DNA of 64,000 bases from NCBI GenBank assembly GCA_038209995.1, contig JBBQXD010000012.1, positions 1,514-65,513 of the forward strand, in the 5' to 3' direction. Made by a program: the position numbers and the translations under genes. The notes beneath the pieces are model-generated. The model had not been told where the DNA came from. It saw only the letters and a program-made list of their open reading frames with translations, and did not search any database. Positions within the stretch are counted from its first letter, which is position 1. Every line of letters begins with the position of its first letter. This DNA comes from Candidatus Limnocylindria bacterium (GTDB lineage Bacteria; Chloroflexota; Limnocylindria; QHBO01). This document shows positions 19,997 to 28,848 of this stretch, in pieces.

Positions 19997-21525
19997 CGGG
20001 GGGATGTGTTCTTCGAAAGTGGCTCGAACACCCACGCCCCCTCGAGCTCCGCGACGCGATGGAATCGGTCATCGGTCGACAGGGCGAGCGCCAGCGAGTC
20101 GCAGCACGCGTCACCCTCGACCCCCGCCGTGCGGCCGCGTGGGATGAAGACGTAGTCGTAGCCGATGTTCCACTGCGTGCCCCAGTCGACGAGGCATTGC
20201 GCGGTGCCGGTGACGCACTCGTCGAGCGAGCCGGAGGCGAAGACGGCGTGCTCCCAGGCCTGCGAGGAGGTGAACTCCTTGCCCTGCACGGTGTTCGCGC
20301 TGCGGCGGTTGCTGAGGGTCGGGAACCATTCCGCGGTGGCGTCGATCGGCCAATAGGAGCCGGTCACGACGAGGAAGGTCGCGTCCGTCGGCGTGTTGTC
20401 GCCCGCCCAGGTCATCGCCGCGCGCTGCGCGGGTGAGACCGTGCTGAGCGGGTTGAGGTACTCGTAGCGCGCCCAGAGGCTGGATGCGAGTGCCACCACC
20501 AGCAGCACCGCACCGATCGTTAGCGCCCGACGCGGCGTCGCGAGCTCCACCAGCTTGCTGACCGCCAGCGCGATGAGCAGCGCCCAGGGCACCATGGCGT
20601 ACGTGGCCGCGCCCCCCGGCAGGGCGAAAAAGATGGCCACGATCCAGAGGGGCAGCCACCATCGGCCCGTGGCGACCGCGATCCCGAGACCGATGATCCC
20701 CAGGATGGCCCCCACCTCGACGAATGGTTCCGCCGTCCAGCGCAGGCTGACGAGGATGGCGAGCGCGATGTTCATGAACGCCGCCCGCGAGCCGCCGGCG
20801 GCAGTGAGCGGCGTCAGCCCGTGCTGCGCCACGATCGCCACGATCCAGGGTGAGGCGACCACGGCGGCCAGCAGCGCCACCACGGCCAACGTGCGCAGGC
20901 TCGCCAGGGACCGATGATGGACGAGCCACGCCACCCCGAGCGTGGCGCCCACGAAGGCCGCCGACTCGAGATGGGAGAGCGCGGTGAGGCCGGCGCAGAG
21001 GGGGGCGAGGATCCACCATCGGCGCTGAGGGGTCTCGAGCAGCCGGATCGTGGCCCCCACCGCGAGGAAGGCGAACAGCATGCCGAGCGAGCGCGTGAGG
21101 CCGCCCCCGCCGACCTGCCACATCCAGCTGCGCGGGATCACCGCCCAGGCCAACGTGGCGACCGCCGCCGTCGCGGGCGAGAACCAGCCGCGGACCATGA
21201 ACCAGAAGGCCGGGATGGTGAGGCACGTGATGAGCAGTGGCAGGACCCGCAGGCTGGCGCCATCGGTTCCGAACAGCGGACCGATGAGCGCGTTCAGGTA
21301 CAGCCCCAGCGGCGGGTAGCCGAACGGGATCTCACCGCCGTTGTAGCTCGTGGTGGCCGGCAGCAGGAAGCCGTTGTCCCGCAGGTCCCGGCTCATGACC
21401 GCGAACAGGCCGCCGTCATTGAGCGGGAAGTCAGCGGAGAGGACCGGCACGGCCCGGACGAGGATGCCGAAGCCAATGGCAGCCAGCAGGAGCAGGCCGG
21501 CCAGGCGGACGACGCCTGCCTGCAT
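19993..21525 (-). CDS. large GT-C-like polytopic membrane protein with C-terminal soluble domain
   Basis: FPLNDGGLFAVMSRDLRDNGFLLPATTSYNGGEIPFGYPPLGLYLNA, more than 10 TM helices, C-terminal YVFIPRGRTAGVEGDACCD. Start taken at MQAGVVRLAG (21525); GTG at 21567 is an alternative. Confidence 0.7.
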   Translation of the reverse strand: MQAGVVRLAGLLLLAAIGFGILVRAVPVLSADFPLNDGGLFAVMSRDLRDNGFLLPATTSYNGGEIPFGYPPLGLYLNALIGPLFGTDGASLRVLPLLITCLTIPAFWFMVRGWFSPATAAVATLAWAVIPRSWMWQVGGGGLTRSLGMLFAFLAVGATIRLLETPQRRWWILAPLCAGLTALSHLESAAFVGATLGVAWLVHHRSLASLRTLAVVALLAAVVASPWIVAIVAQHGLTPLTAAGGSRAAFMNIALAILVSLRWTAEPFVEVGAILGIIGLGIAVATGRWWLPLWIVAIFFALPGGAATYAMVPWALLIALAVSKLVELATPRRALTIGAVLLVVALASSLWARYEYLNPLSTVSPAQRAAMTWAGDNTPTDATFLVVTGSYWPIDATAEWFPTLSNRRSANTVQGKEFTSSQAWEHAVFASGSLDECVTGTAQCLVDWGTQWNIGYDYVFIPRGRTAGVEGDACCDSLALALSTDDRFHRVAELEGAWVFEPLSKNTSPR

Positions 21526-21677
21526 CTGGATGGAGTCACCCGCGTGGCGGGCTGTCACGACGTTCACGCGGCGGCAAGCATGCCGTATCGGAATCGCTGG
21601 GGGGATGGCCCATCTGGGCCATGTGGGGGCCGGTGGTATCCTCGCCCTCCCAGGTCGGCCAGGCACGGAGGAGGGCG

Positions 21678-22070
21678 ATGGCGCGGATCACGGTCGTCAA
21701 CGACAACCCCGAGTTCCTCGAGCTCGTGCGCGACATCCTCGAGGGGGATCGCTACGAGACCACCACGATCGACGGCGATCACCCCGACGCGCTGGCGGCC
21801 GTGCGCACATCCAGGCCGGATCTGCTGGTGATCGACCTGCGCATGGGGTCCGATGAGCTCCACGGCTGGGCGATCGGGCAGCAGGTGCGCAGGGATCCCG
21901 CGCTCGTCGGCCTGCCGATCCTGGTCTGCAGCGCCGACGTCCGCGCCCTTCGCGAGCTCGAAGAGGAGCTCGAGAGGGCACGCAACGTCCGAGCGCTCGT
22001 CAAGCCCTTCTCCATCGACGCGCTCACCGACGCGATCGACGGTCTGCTCGCCGAGCCGGCCTCGCAGTAG
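21678..22070 (+). CDS. stand-alone receiver-domain protein (single-domain response regulator)
   Basis: MARITVVNDNPEF, phospho-acceptor context LLVIDLRMG, LVKPFSIDAL. No output domain. GGAGGAG upstream of the ATG at 21678. Confidence 0.8.
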   Translation: MARITVVNDNPEFLELVRDILEGDRYETTTIDGDHPDALAAVRTSRPDLLVIDLRMGSDELHGWAIGQQVRRDPALVGLPILVCSADVRALRELEEELERARNVRALVKPFSIDALTDAIDGLLAEPASQ

Positions 22071-22085
22071 CACGACGAGGACCTC

Positions 22086-22547
22086 ATGGTGATCCGGCGG
22101 ATCATGGCCGCAGTGGTCGTCCTGCTCATGCTGGCTGCCTGCGACGAGGGGCCGACGCTGGTGCTGCCCTCGGGTGTGTCGACGTCGATCGTGCAGCTCG
22201 GCGAGGAGGACGGCACGCCCGCACCGCTCGGATCGTCGCTGCCGGTCGCCGACGCGGCTGCCGCCTGCATCACGCTCACGATCGTCGATAACCTGGTGGT
22301 GCTGCCGGACGAGTCACCGCCGGCCGAGAGCGTGGATCCCCAGCTGTTCGCGCTGCAGATCGGGACGCTGGCCGAGGACCTGCATCAGGTCGCGCTGCAG
22401 ACCACCGGCTCGGTGGCCGCGCAGGTGGAGACGATCTCGAAGGGGCTCCTGCAGGATAAGGCGGCGATCGCCGCCGGCCACGCTCCCGAGCGCGCCTGGC
22501 TGGACACATACGCCGCGCTGCACACGGACTTCGCCGGCTTCTGCTGA
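22086..22547 (+). CDS. lipoprotein of unknown function
   Basis: Signal/lipobox VVLLMLAACDEG. Starts 16 nt after the receiver gene. Confidence 0.55.
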   Translation: MVIRRIMAAVVVLLMLAACDEGPTLVLPSGVSTSIVQLGEEDGTPAPLGSSLPVADAAAACITLTIVDNLVVLPDESPPAESVDPQLFALQIGTLAEDLHQVALQTTGSVAAQVETISKGLLQDKAAIAAGHAPERAWLDTYAALHTDFAGFC

Positions 22548-22717
22548 GGCCGGCGTCGCGGGCCTCATCGGCGAGAGCAATCGGCGGGATGACGCGCACG
22601 GGCCTCGTGCCGCGACCTCTCGGAAACCCCGCGCCTGGGCACGACTCATGCGCAACAGGGCCGCGATGCATCGCCGAGACTCCACCCCAATTGCCGTTCG
22701 CGCGCGATTCGGGCGAT

Positions 22718-23590
22718 CTATCGCGGCGTGGCAGGTGGCGCAGCGGTTGGGGCCGGCGCAGCTGGCGCCTCCGCATCCTCGGCGGCACCGGCCGCGATCA
22801 GCGTGACGTCGTAGACGAAGAGGCGAGGCAGGGCGAGCACGGCCGCGGCGGCCGCCCCCAGGAGCGCGAAGCGGCTTGGGACGACCAGCACCCCAAGCAG
22901 CGCGGCACCTACCACCGCGACGTAGATGAGCGGGGAGACGCCGAGCAGCGAGGGCGCCGCGCCGGACTGCACGCCCGCCTTCGTGATCCCCATCAGCAGG
23001 CCGGGCACCAGCAGGACAGCCGCAAGCACGAGACTGGCAACGGCCTTCCACCACTCCCGCCGTACGATGTAGGCGGCGACCAGCAGGATCGGCGTGAACT
23101 TCATCGAGGCGGCGACCGCTACCGCCAGCGGCCCCCAGCGGCGATGGAAGCCAGCCACCAGCGCCAGGAGCATCAACGGCTGGACGTTGCCGCCGGCCGA
23201 GACCGCGAACAGCGGCGGCCCGACCAGCAGCGCGGCCACCACCCCCCAGCCGCCGCGCCGGGCAAGCAGCCACGCGACCGTCGCGGTGGCGACCAGCAAC
23301 ACTGCGCTCCAGCCGATCGCGACCACGATCCGCGGCAGCCAGGTCAGCGGAATCCAGGCCACCGCGTACCACGGCGCGTACCAGAACGAGTCGACGGCCA
23401 CGTCGCCCGGCACGTACAGCGCATGCCCATCACGGAGCCGCGTGGCGGCGGCGAGGTAGACGTCCATGTCGTGGAGCGGCCAGTCGCGGATCGCAAAGAC
23501 GATGTGGCTGATCCCGATCCCCACCAGCACCGCCAGCACGACCAGCCGCGCGGCCCGGGCGAGAAGGCCTGACGCGGCGGGCAGCGGCAT
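22718..23590 (-). CDS. GT87/DUF2029-like polytopic membrane protein
   Basis: DMDVYLAAATRLRDGHALY, FWYAPWYAVAWIPLTWLP, ASMKFTPILLVAAYIVRREWWKA. Start taken at MPLPAASG (23590). Confidence 0.7.
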   Translation of the reverse strand: MPLPAASGLLARAARLVVLAVLVGIGISHIVFAIRDWPLHDMDVYLAAATRLRDGHALYVPGDVAVDSFWYAPWYAVAWIPLTWLPRIVVAIGWSAVLLVATATVAWLLARRGGWGVVAALLVGPPLFAVSAGGNVQPLMLLALVAGFHRRWGPLAVAVAASMKFTPILLVAAYIVRREWWKAVASLVLAAVLLVPGLLMGITKAGVQSGAAPSLLGVSPLIYVAVVGAALLGVLVVPSRFALLGAAAAAVLALPRLFVYDVTLIAAGAAEDAEAPAAPAPTAAPPATPR

Positions 23591-23770
23591 CAGCGGTGTC
23601 GGCGGCAACACAGCGGCATCAGCGGCATCGGCGCGTCGGCGGCATCGGTCCAGTGTGCATGATGAACGGGTGAGCACGCGGCGGGTTCGGATGGCGACCG
23701 ATGCTCCGCTCCGCATGGGCGCGCTCCAGATTCAGCCCGCGCGAGATGGTCGGCGCGTCCGGGTGTCCCG

Positions 23771-24604
23771 GTGAGCTTCGCGAGCGCTGCGCTCGCGCGC
23801 ATCGGCTGGCTGCGCCTGGTGACGTGGGGCGCAATCATCGCCGTGATCGTCGAGGCCGCCTGGATCGTGGCTTTCAGTCCCGGTTCGGATGCCCATGCCT
23901 ATTGGGCCGCCTCATGGGACGCGCCCTACGCGATCGGTCGGGCCTACACCACGGACGCCTACCTCTATTCACCCGCGTTCCTTCAGGCCCTCACGCCCCT
24001 CCGGCTCCTCCCCTGGCCGATGTTCTGGGCGGCGTGGGTGACGGGCTCGACGCTCATCCTGGTGTGGCTCACGGGTCCGATCCTCGCCGCGATCGTGCTG
24101 ATCCCGACTCCGTTCAGCCCCGTGTTCACCGAGCTGTGGCATGGAAACGTCGTCATGCCGATGGCAGTCGTGCTGGCGCTCGGACTCCGGCACCCGGCGC
24201 TGTGGTCCTTCATGTTCCTGACGAAGGTGACGCCTGGCATCGGAATCATCTGGTTCGCCGTGCGCCGCGAGTGGCGTTCGCTGGCCATCGCGGTCGGCGC
24301 CACGGCTGCCATCGCCCTCCTCTCCTACGCCCTGGCGCCCGGGGCATGGGCTGATTGGGTCGCCACCCTTCGCCTCAACGCCGTCGCCCCCGAGATCGTG
24401 GCCGCCCACCTGCCGCCGCTGGGGTGGCGCCTGGCGATCGCCGCGATTCTCATCGGCACCGGGGCATGGTTCAACGAACGCCGCGTGCTTCCGCTCGCCA
24501 TCATCATTGCCCTGCCCGAGTTCTGGTACGCCTCGCTCAGCCTGCTGCTCGTCATGGTCTGGCAGCTGCGCGATGACCGTCGACATCGTCATGGCGATCC
24601 ATGA
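23771..24604 (+). CDS. GT87/DUF2029-like polytopic membrane protein (most divergent high-GC copy)
   Basis: DAHAYWAASWDAPYAIGRAY, YLYSPAFLQALTPLRLLP, LTKVTPGIGIIWFAVRREWRS. GTG start. ATGA overlap with the next paralog. Confidence 0.65.
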   Translation: MSFASAALARIGWLRLVTWGAIIAVIVEAAWIVAFSPGSDAHAYWAASWDAPYAIGRAYTTDAYLYSPAFLQALTPLRLLPWPMFWAAWVTGSTLILVWLTGPILAAIVLIPTPFSPVFTELWHGNVVMPMAVVLALGLRHPALWSFMFLTKVTPGIGIIWFAVRREWRSLAIAVGATAAIALLSYALAPGAWADWVATLRLNAVAPEIVAAHLPPLGWRLAIAAILIGTGAWFNERRVLPLAIIIALPEFWYASLSLLLVMVWQLRDDRRHRHGDP

Positions 24605-25566
24605 GCACGCGGCAGGTTCGGCTGGCGACGACGGTGGCGGCCGGCCTCGTCATCGGTCTGGGGGTGGCGAACCTTTGGTTCTCCGTCACGGGCTGGACGC
24701 TGAGCGACGCGTCGGCCTACTGGGCGGCGGCGCACCGCCTGCGGGAGGGCGGCGAGCTCTACCCCGCGGTCGCCAACGTCGAGGCGTCCGACGTGTACCG
24801 ATACGCCCCGTGGTTCGCCTGGCTGACCGTGCCGTTCACCTTCCTGCCGCGGTGGGTCGCCGGGGCGCTGTGGTCAGTCGTGCTGGTCGGCGCGTCGGTG
24901 GCGGCGGTGGTGCCGCTCGCGCGGCGGGGGGCCTGGATCCAGGTCGCGTTCTTCTTCCCGATCCTGATCGGCATCTCCGCGGTCGGCAACGCGCACGCGC
25001 TGATGGTCGCGTGGCTGGTGTGGGGCGTCGAGCGGCGGAGCGGCCCGTTCTGGGTGGCGCTGGCAGCGTCCTTGAAGGGAGTGCCGCTGCTGCTGGCGCT
25101 CGTGTACGTCGGGCGGCGCGAGTGGTGGCGGGCGCTGCTGTGCGTGGTCTTCACCGCCCTGCTCGTGGCGCCGGCGTTCCTCTACGACACGTCCCACTAC
25201 GTGACGAGCACGGGGCAGGCCGGGATGCTCGTCGAGCTGCCGTTCGTGTTCGGCGCGATCGTGGCGGCTGCGTGCGGCGCGACGATCTGGCTGGCGCGGG
25301 GCCGCTGGGGCTGGCTGGCCGGCGCCGCGACGCTCGTGCTGGCGACGCCGCGCTTCTTCGTCTACGACGTGACGTATCTGCTCGTGGGAGCGCCCGATGC
25401 CCACCCGGCGCGCCCCGGTGCACAGGACCTCGACGATGCGCCCCGCGGTGGTCAACCCGCCCGCCGCGACGCGGATGACGACGACTTTGCCGGATCGCTC
25501 GACGGCGGACCAACGACCCGTGCCCCGCTATCCTTGCCCGCGACCCAGAAGGCCACGCCCCCATGA
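24601..25566 (+). CDS. GT87/DUF2029-like polytopic membrane protein
   Basis: DASAYWAAAHRLREGGELY, VYRYAPWFAWLTVPFTFLP, ASLKGVPLLLALVYVGRREWWRA. Confidence 0.75.
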   Translation: MSTRQVRLATTVAAGLVIGLGVANLWFSVTGWTLSDASAYWAAAHRLREGGELYPAVANVEASDVYRYAPWFAWLTVPFTFLPRWVAGALWSVVLVGASVAAVVPLARRGAWIQVAFFFPILIGISAVGNAHALMVAWLVWGVERRSGPFWVALAASLKGVPLLLALVYVGRREWWRALLCVVFTALLVAPAFLYDTSHYVTSTGQAGMLVELPFVFGAIVAAACGATIWLARGRWGWLAGAATLVLATPRFFVYDVTYLLVGAPDAHPARPGAQDLDDAPRGGQPARRDADDDDFAGSLDGGPTTRAPLSLPATQKATPP

Positions 25567-25579
25567 GGATCCGCCAATC

Positions 25580-27706
25580 ATGACCACCGGCTCTCGGCTG
25601 CCCAGTGCGCACTCGAAGACCCAGCCGGTTGGTCCCTTGGCCGGCGACCGCGTTCAACTCCTGCTCACCAGCACGTGCCTCCTGTTCGCCGAGCTGACGC
25701 TGATCCGCTGGATCCCCTCGCTCGTCACCTATGTCGGTTTCTTCAGCAACTTCCTCCTCATGGCGAGCTTCCTGGGCATCGGCCTGGGAATCCTCCTGGG
25801 TCGCAACGGCGTGCACATGCCGGCGTCACCGTTCCCGTTCGTCCTGCTGGCAACCACGCTGCTTGTGACAAGTGCCCAGCTCAATGTGCAGGTGCGGGGC
25901 ACGGGGGAGATCTTCTTCGGCCTTGCGGAGAGCCACAGCGCCGACGTCAACTTCCTCGTGCTGCCCTTGATCGTGGTCCTGGTGATGGCGCTGATGACGA
26001 TGCTTGCCCTGCCGCTGGGCCCGCTGCTGCGATCAATGCCGCCGCTGCGAGCGTACGCCGTCGACATCAGTGGCTCCCTGCTCGGCATCGCGATGTTCGC
26101 GACCATGTCGATCCTGTCGACCCCGCCCGCGGCCTGGTTCGCGGTGATCGCCCTCCTGCTCGGCTTGATGGCGCTCGGACGCGGCTTCAGCGGGTGGTCG
26201 GTCATTGGTGGGGTCGCGATGCTGGCCGTGATCTACGGCGGGACGTTGACGCCAAAGGACGTCGAGCAGTTCTGGTCGCCGTACTACCGGATCGACGTGT
26301 TGAGCAGGACGCCGGGCACGGGCATCTCGGTGAACGGCATCCCGCACCAGACCATGACGAACACCAATAGCGCGCGGAGCCCGTTCTACGACCAGATCTA
26401 CAAGTGGTTCCCCGGGCGGGCGTTCCCGAAGGTGCTCATCGTGGGGGCCGGATCGGGGACCGACATGGCGATCGCGCTGCAGCGGGGCGAGGTCGAGTCC
26501 CTCGACGCGGTCGAGATCGACCCGGTCATTCAGCGGATCGGGATCCAGCGGCATCCGAATCGGCCGTACCAGAACCCGAAGGTCACCCGCTACCTCAACG
26601 ACGGGCGCGCCTTCCTGCGCACGAGCGACAAGCGGTACGACCTTGTCATCTTTGCCCTGCCGGACTCGCTGACCCTGGTGAGCAGCACGGCCAACCTCCG
26701 GCTCGAGTCGTTCCTGTTCACCGAGGAGGCGTTCGCCTCGGTCCGCGATCACCTGACCGATGGCGGCGTGTTCGTGCTCTACAACTACTACCGCGAGCCG
26801 TGGCTGATCACGAAGATCGCCTCCCAGCTGCGGGGCGCCTTCGGCCAGGAGCCGATCCTGCGGCTCTACAGCGGGAACCGCGGCGCATTCGCCGTGGGGC
26901 CGCTCGTCACCACGGTGGGGGGCAACCCACCGGGCGACGGGACCGATGCCATCCCGGATGACGGAGGGCCGGCGCCGAAGCACGCGACCGACGACTGGCC
27001 GTTCCTCTACCTCCGCCAGCCCTTCATCGCGCCCTATTACCTCGTTTCGTTGGCGTTCATGCTCGTGCTGGCCGTGGTGTCGGTTGGGCTGGCGGCGGCG
27101 CGCACCGGTGCGCGCGCGCGATCCTTCTCGCCCCATTTCTTTGCGCTGGGGGTCGCGTTCCTGTTGCTCGAGACGAAGAGCCTGGTGAGCTTCTCGCTGC
27201 TGTTCGGGACGACGTGGATCGTGAATGCCCTTGCGTTCTTCGCGATCCTGGTCAGCGTGCTCGCCGCAATCGGCGTGACCTCGTGGCTGAAGCCGAGGCG
27301 GGCATGGCCGTTCTATGCCGGATTGCTGCTCTCGCTGGGGCTCGCGTTCGCGCTGCCGCCGGAGCAGCTCCTCGTCGACCCGCCGGCGCTGCGCTACGCG
27401 CTCGCGGCGCTCGTCGCCTTCGCGCCCGTGTTCTTCGCCAACCTCGTGTTCACCTACTCGTTCCGCGACGTGGCGGCGGCCGACATGGCGTTCGCCTCGA
27501 ACCTCGTCGGCGCGATGGTCGGCGGCGTGCTCGAGTACCTCGCCCTGCTCACCGGCTACCGATGGCTGATCGTCGTGGTCGCGGTCGTGTACGGGGCTGC
27601 CTACCTGCTCGCGACGCGCTGGCGCTGGCTCGGCGATCGGCGGCTGGAGGCAATTGACGCCGATGGCAGGGCGCCGGCAGGCGTGGCGGCGGCCCTCGAG
27701 GGATGA
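25580..27706 (+). CDS. membrane-embedded spermidine-synthase-fold (class I SAM-dependent transferase) protein, TM bundles on both sides
   Basis: N-terminal ~7 TM helices. Central VLIVGAGSGTDMAIAL...LDAVEIDPVIQRIG...YDLVIFALPDS (SpeE-like Rossmann core). C-terminal ~6 TM helices. ATG at 25580, 14 nt after the previous stop. Confidence 0.8.
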   Translation: MTTGSRLPSAHSKTQPVGPLAGDRVQLLLTSTCLLFAELTLIRWIPSLVTYVGFFSNFLLMASFLGIGLGILLGRNGVHMPASPFPFVLLATTLLVTSAQLNVQVRGTGEIFFGLAESHSADVNFLVLPLIVVLVMALMTMLALPLGPLLRSMPPLRAYAVDISGSLLGIAMFATMSILSTPPAAWFAVIALLLGLMALGRGFSGWSVIGGVAMLAVIYGGTLTPKDVEQFWSPYYRIDVLSRTPGTGISVNGIPHQTMTNTNSARSPFYDQIYKWFPGRAFPKVLIVGAGSGTDMAIALQRGEVESLDAVEIDPVIQRIGIQRHPNRPYQNPKVTRYLNDGRAFLRTSDKRYDLVIFALPDSLTLVSSTANLRLESFLFTEEAFASVRDHLTDGGVFVLYNYYREPWLITKIASQLRGAFGQEPILRLYSGNRGAFAVGPLVTTVGGNPPGDGTDAIPDDGGPAPKHATDDWPFLYLRQPFIAPYYLVSLAFMLVLAVVSVGLAAARTGARARSFSPHFFALGVAFLLLETKSLVSFSLLFGTTWIVNALAFFAILVSVLAAIGVTSWLKPRRAWPFYAGLLLSLGLAFALPPEQLLVDPPALRYALAALVAFAPVFFANLVFTYSFRDVAAADMAFASNLVGAMVGGVLEYLALLTGYRWLIVVVAVVYGAAYLLATRWRWLGDRRLEAIDADGRAPAGVAAALEG

Positions 27707-27981
27707 GCCGGCGGTCTCCCACCACCAACTCGTGAGAGCCTCGGCTCGTGTCAGCACCAACTCGTGACAGCGTGCGTCACGAGCGGTGGTGACAGACGGG
27801 TGGCTCGGCCGAGTACGAGCCGGTTGCGGGGGTGCGCGCCGGCGCACCAAACACTGAGAAGTTGCTGACCAGCGCACCCAACTGAGAAGCCGGGCTGGAA
27901 TCAGGCCGATGTCGGCGTGTTTCGAGCGCTGTCGTGCGCACGGGCACACACCGAGACCAGGAACCGTGCTGATCTTCGCAG

Positions 27982-28848
27982 TTACGTGCTCTCCACTACA
28001 CGCGGTGGGAAAGGGACCACGTCGCGCGGCTCCTCTGCCAACGCCACCGTGGCGAAGCTGATCTCGTAGAGCAGGAACCGCGGCAGGCCGAGCATCATCG
28101 CCAGCGAGCCGAGCAGCCAGGCCCAGCGCGTACCCGCCCATCGGTATGCGGCCGCGACAGCGGCCATGGCAACGACGCCGAAGAGCACGGACGACACGGT
28201 GAGCAGGCTCAGCTGTCCTGAACCGATGTCGCGCGCGTAGCCGGACAGGTCGAACGCCAGCATGGGCGCCACCAGCGCCAGGAAGAGGGCAACTGTCCAC
28301 GCCGCGCGGGCCCATTCGCGGCGGCCGAGGTAGACCGCCACGAGCACGATCGGCACCAGCTTGAGCGAGGCGGCGAGCGCCACCCAGATCGGCCCGGAGC
28401 GGCGCGGCGCGCCCCACAGCAGCGCGATGACCAGCAGCGGCTGGACGTTGCCGTATGCCGCGCCCTCCAGGCCGAACGGCAGCAGAAAGGCCACAGCGGC
28501 CCAGCCGACCGGGCCAGCGCGCAGGAGCGGCGCCACTGCGGCAACCGCCGCTGCCAGGCACAAGGCCATCCAGCCGACGAGCACCGCCTCCTTCGGCAGG
28601 AAGGTGAGCGGCAGCCAGAGGACGGCGAACCACGGGGCGTAGCGGTACAGGTTCGAGTCGTTCGCCACGCCCGCGCGGTAGAGCGGCTCGCCATCGCGGA
28701 GGCGGAGCGCGGCATTCCAGTAGGCGTTCATGTCGCGGCCGTCGGCGAGCGAGGCAGCGTGGTTGAGCTCCGTCCAGGCCACCAGGCCGATGAGGACCGC
28801 GAGTGCCGCGGCGCCCGCCACGACGAGCGGCCGACGGCCGGCGATCAC
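27982..28848 (-). CDS. GT87/DUF2029-like polytopic membrane protein
   Basis: DMNAYWNAALRLRDGEPLY, LYRYAPWFAVLWLPLTFLP, ASLKLVPIVLVAVYLGRREWARA. GTG start at 28848 forms a GTGA overlap with the upstream gene's stop. Confidence 0.75.
   Translation of the reverse strand: MIAGRRPLVVAGAAALAVLIGLVAWTELNHAASLADGRDMNAYWNAALRLRDGEPLYRAGVANDSNLYRYAPWFAVLWLPLTFLPKEAVLVGWMALCLAAAVAAVAPLLRAGPVGWAAVAFLLPFGLEGAAYGNVQPLLVIALLWGAPRRSGPIWVALAASLKLVPIVLVAVYLGRREWARAAWTVALFLALVAPMLAFDLSGYARDIGSGQLSLLTVSSVLFGVVAMAAVAAAYRWAGTRWAWLLGSLAMMLGLPRFLLYEISFATVALAEEPRDVVPFPPRVVEST

Noticed and set aside
17340-20000. Lower-GC segment considered as a mobile element or prophage remnant
   Set aside because: I could find no integrase, transposase, tRNA attachment site or flanking direct or inverted repeats. 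Both genes are paralogs of neighbouring island genes. It is reported only as a compositional anomaly.
25397-25579. Upstream extension of the SpeE-fold protein ORF (start at 25397)
   Set aside because: It overlaps the 3' end of the preceding GT87-like gene by 170 nt in another frame and is Pro/Arg-rich. The ATG at 25580, just after that gene's stop, gives a sensible N-terminus.
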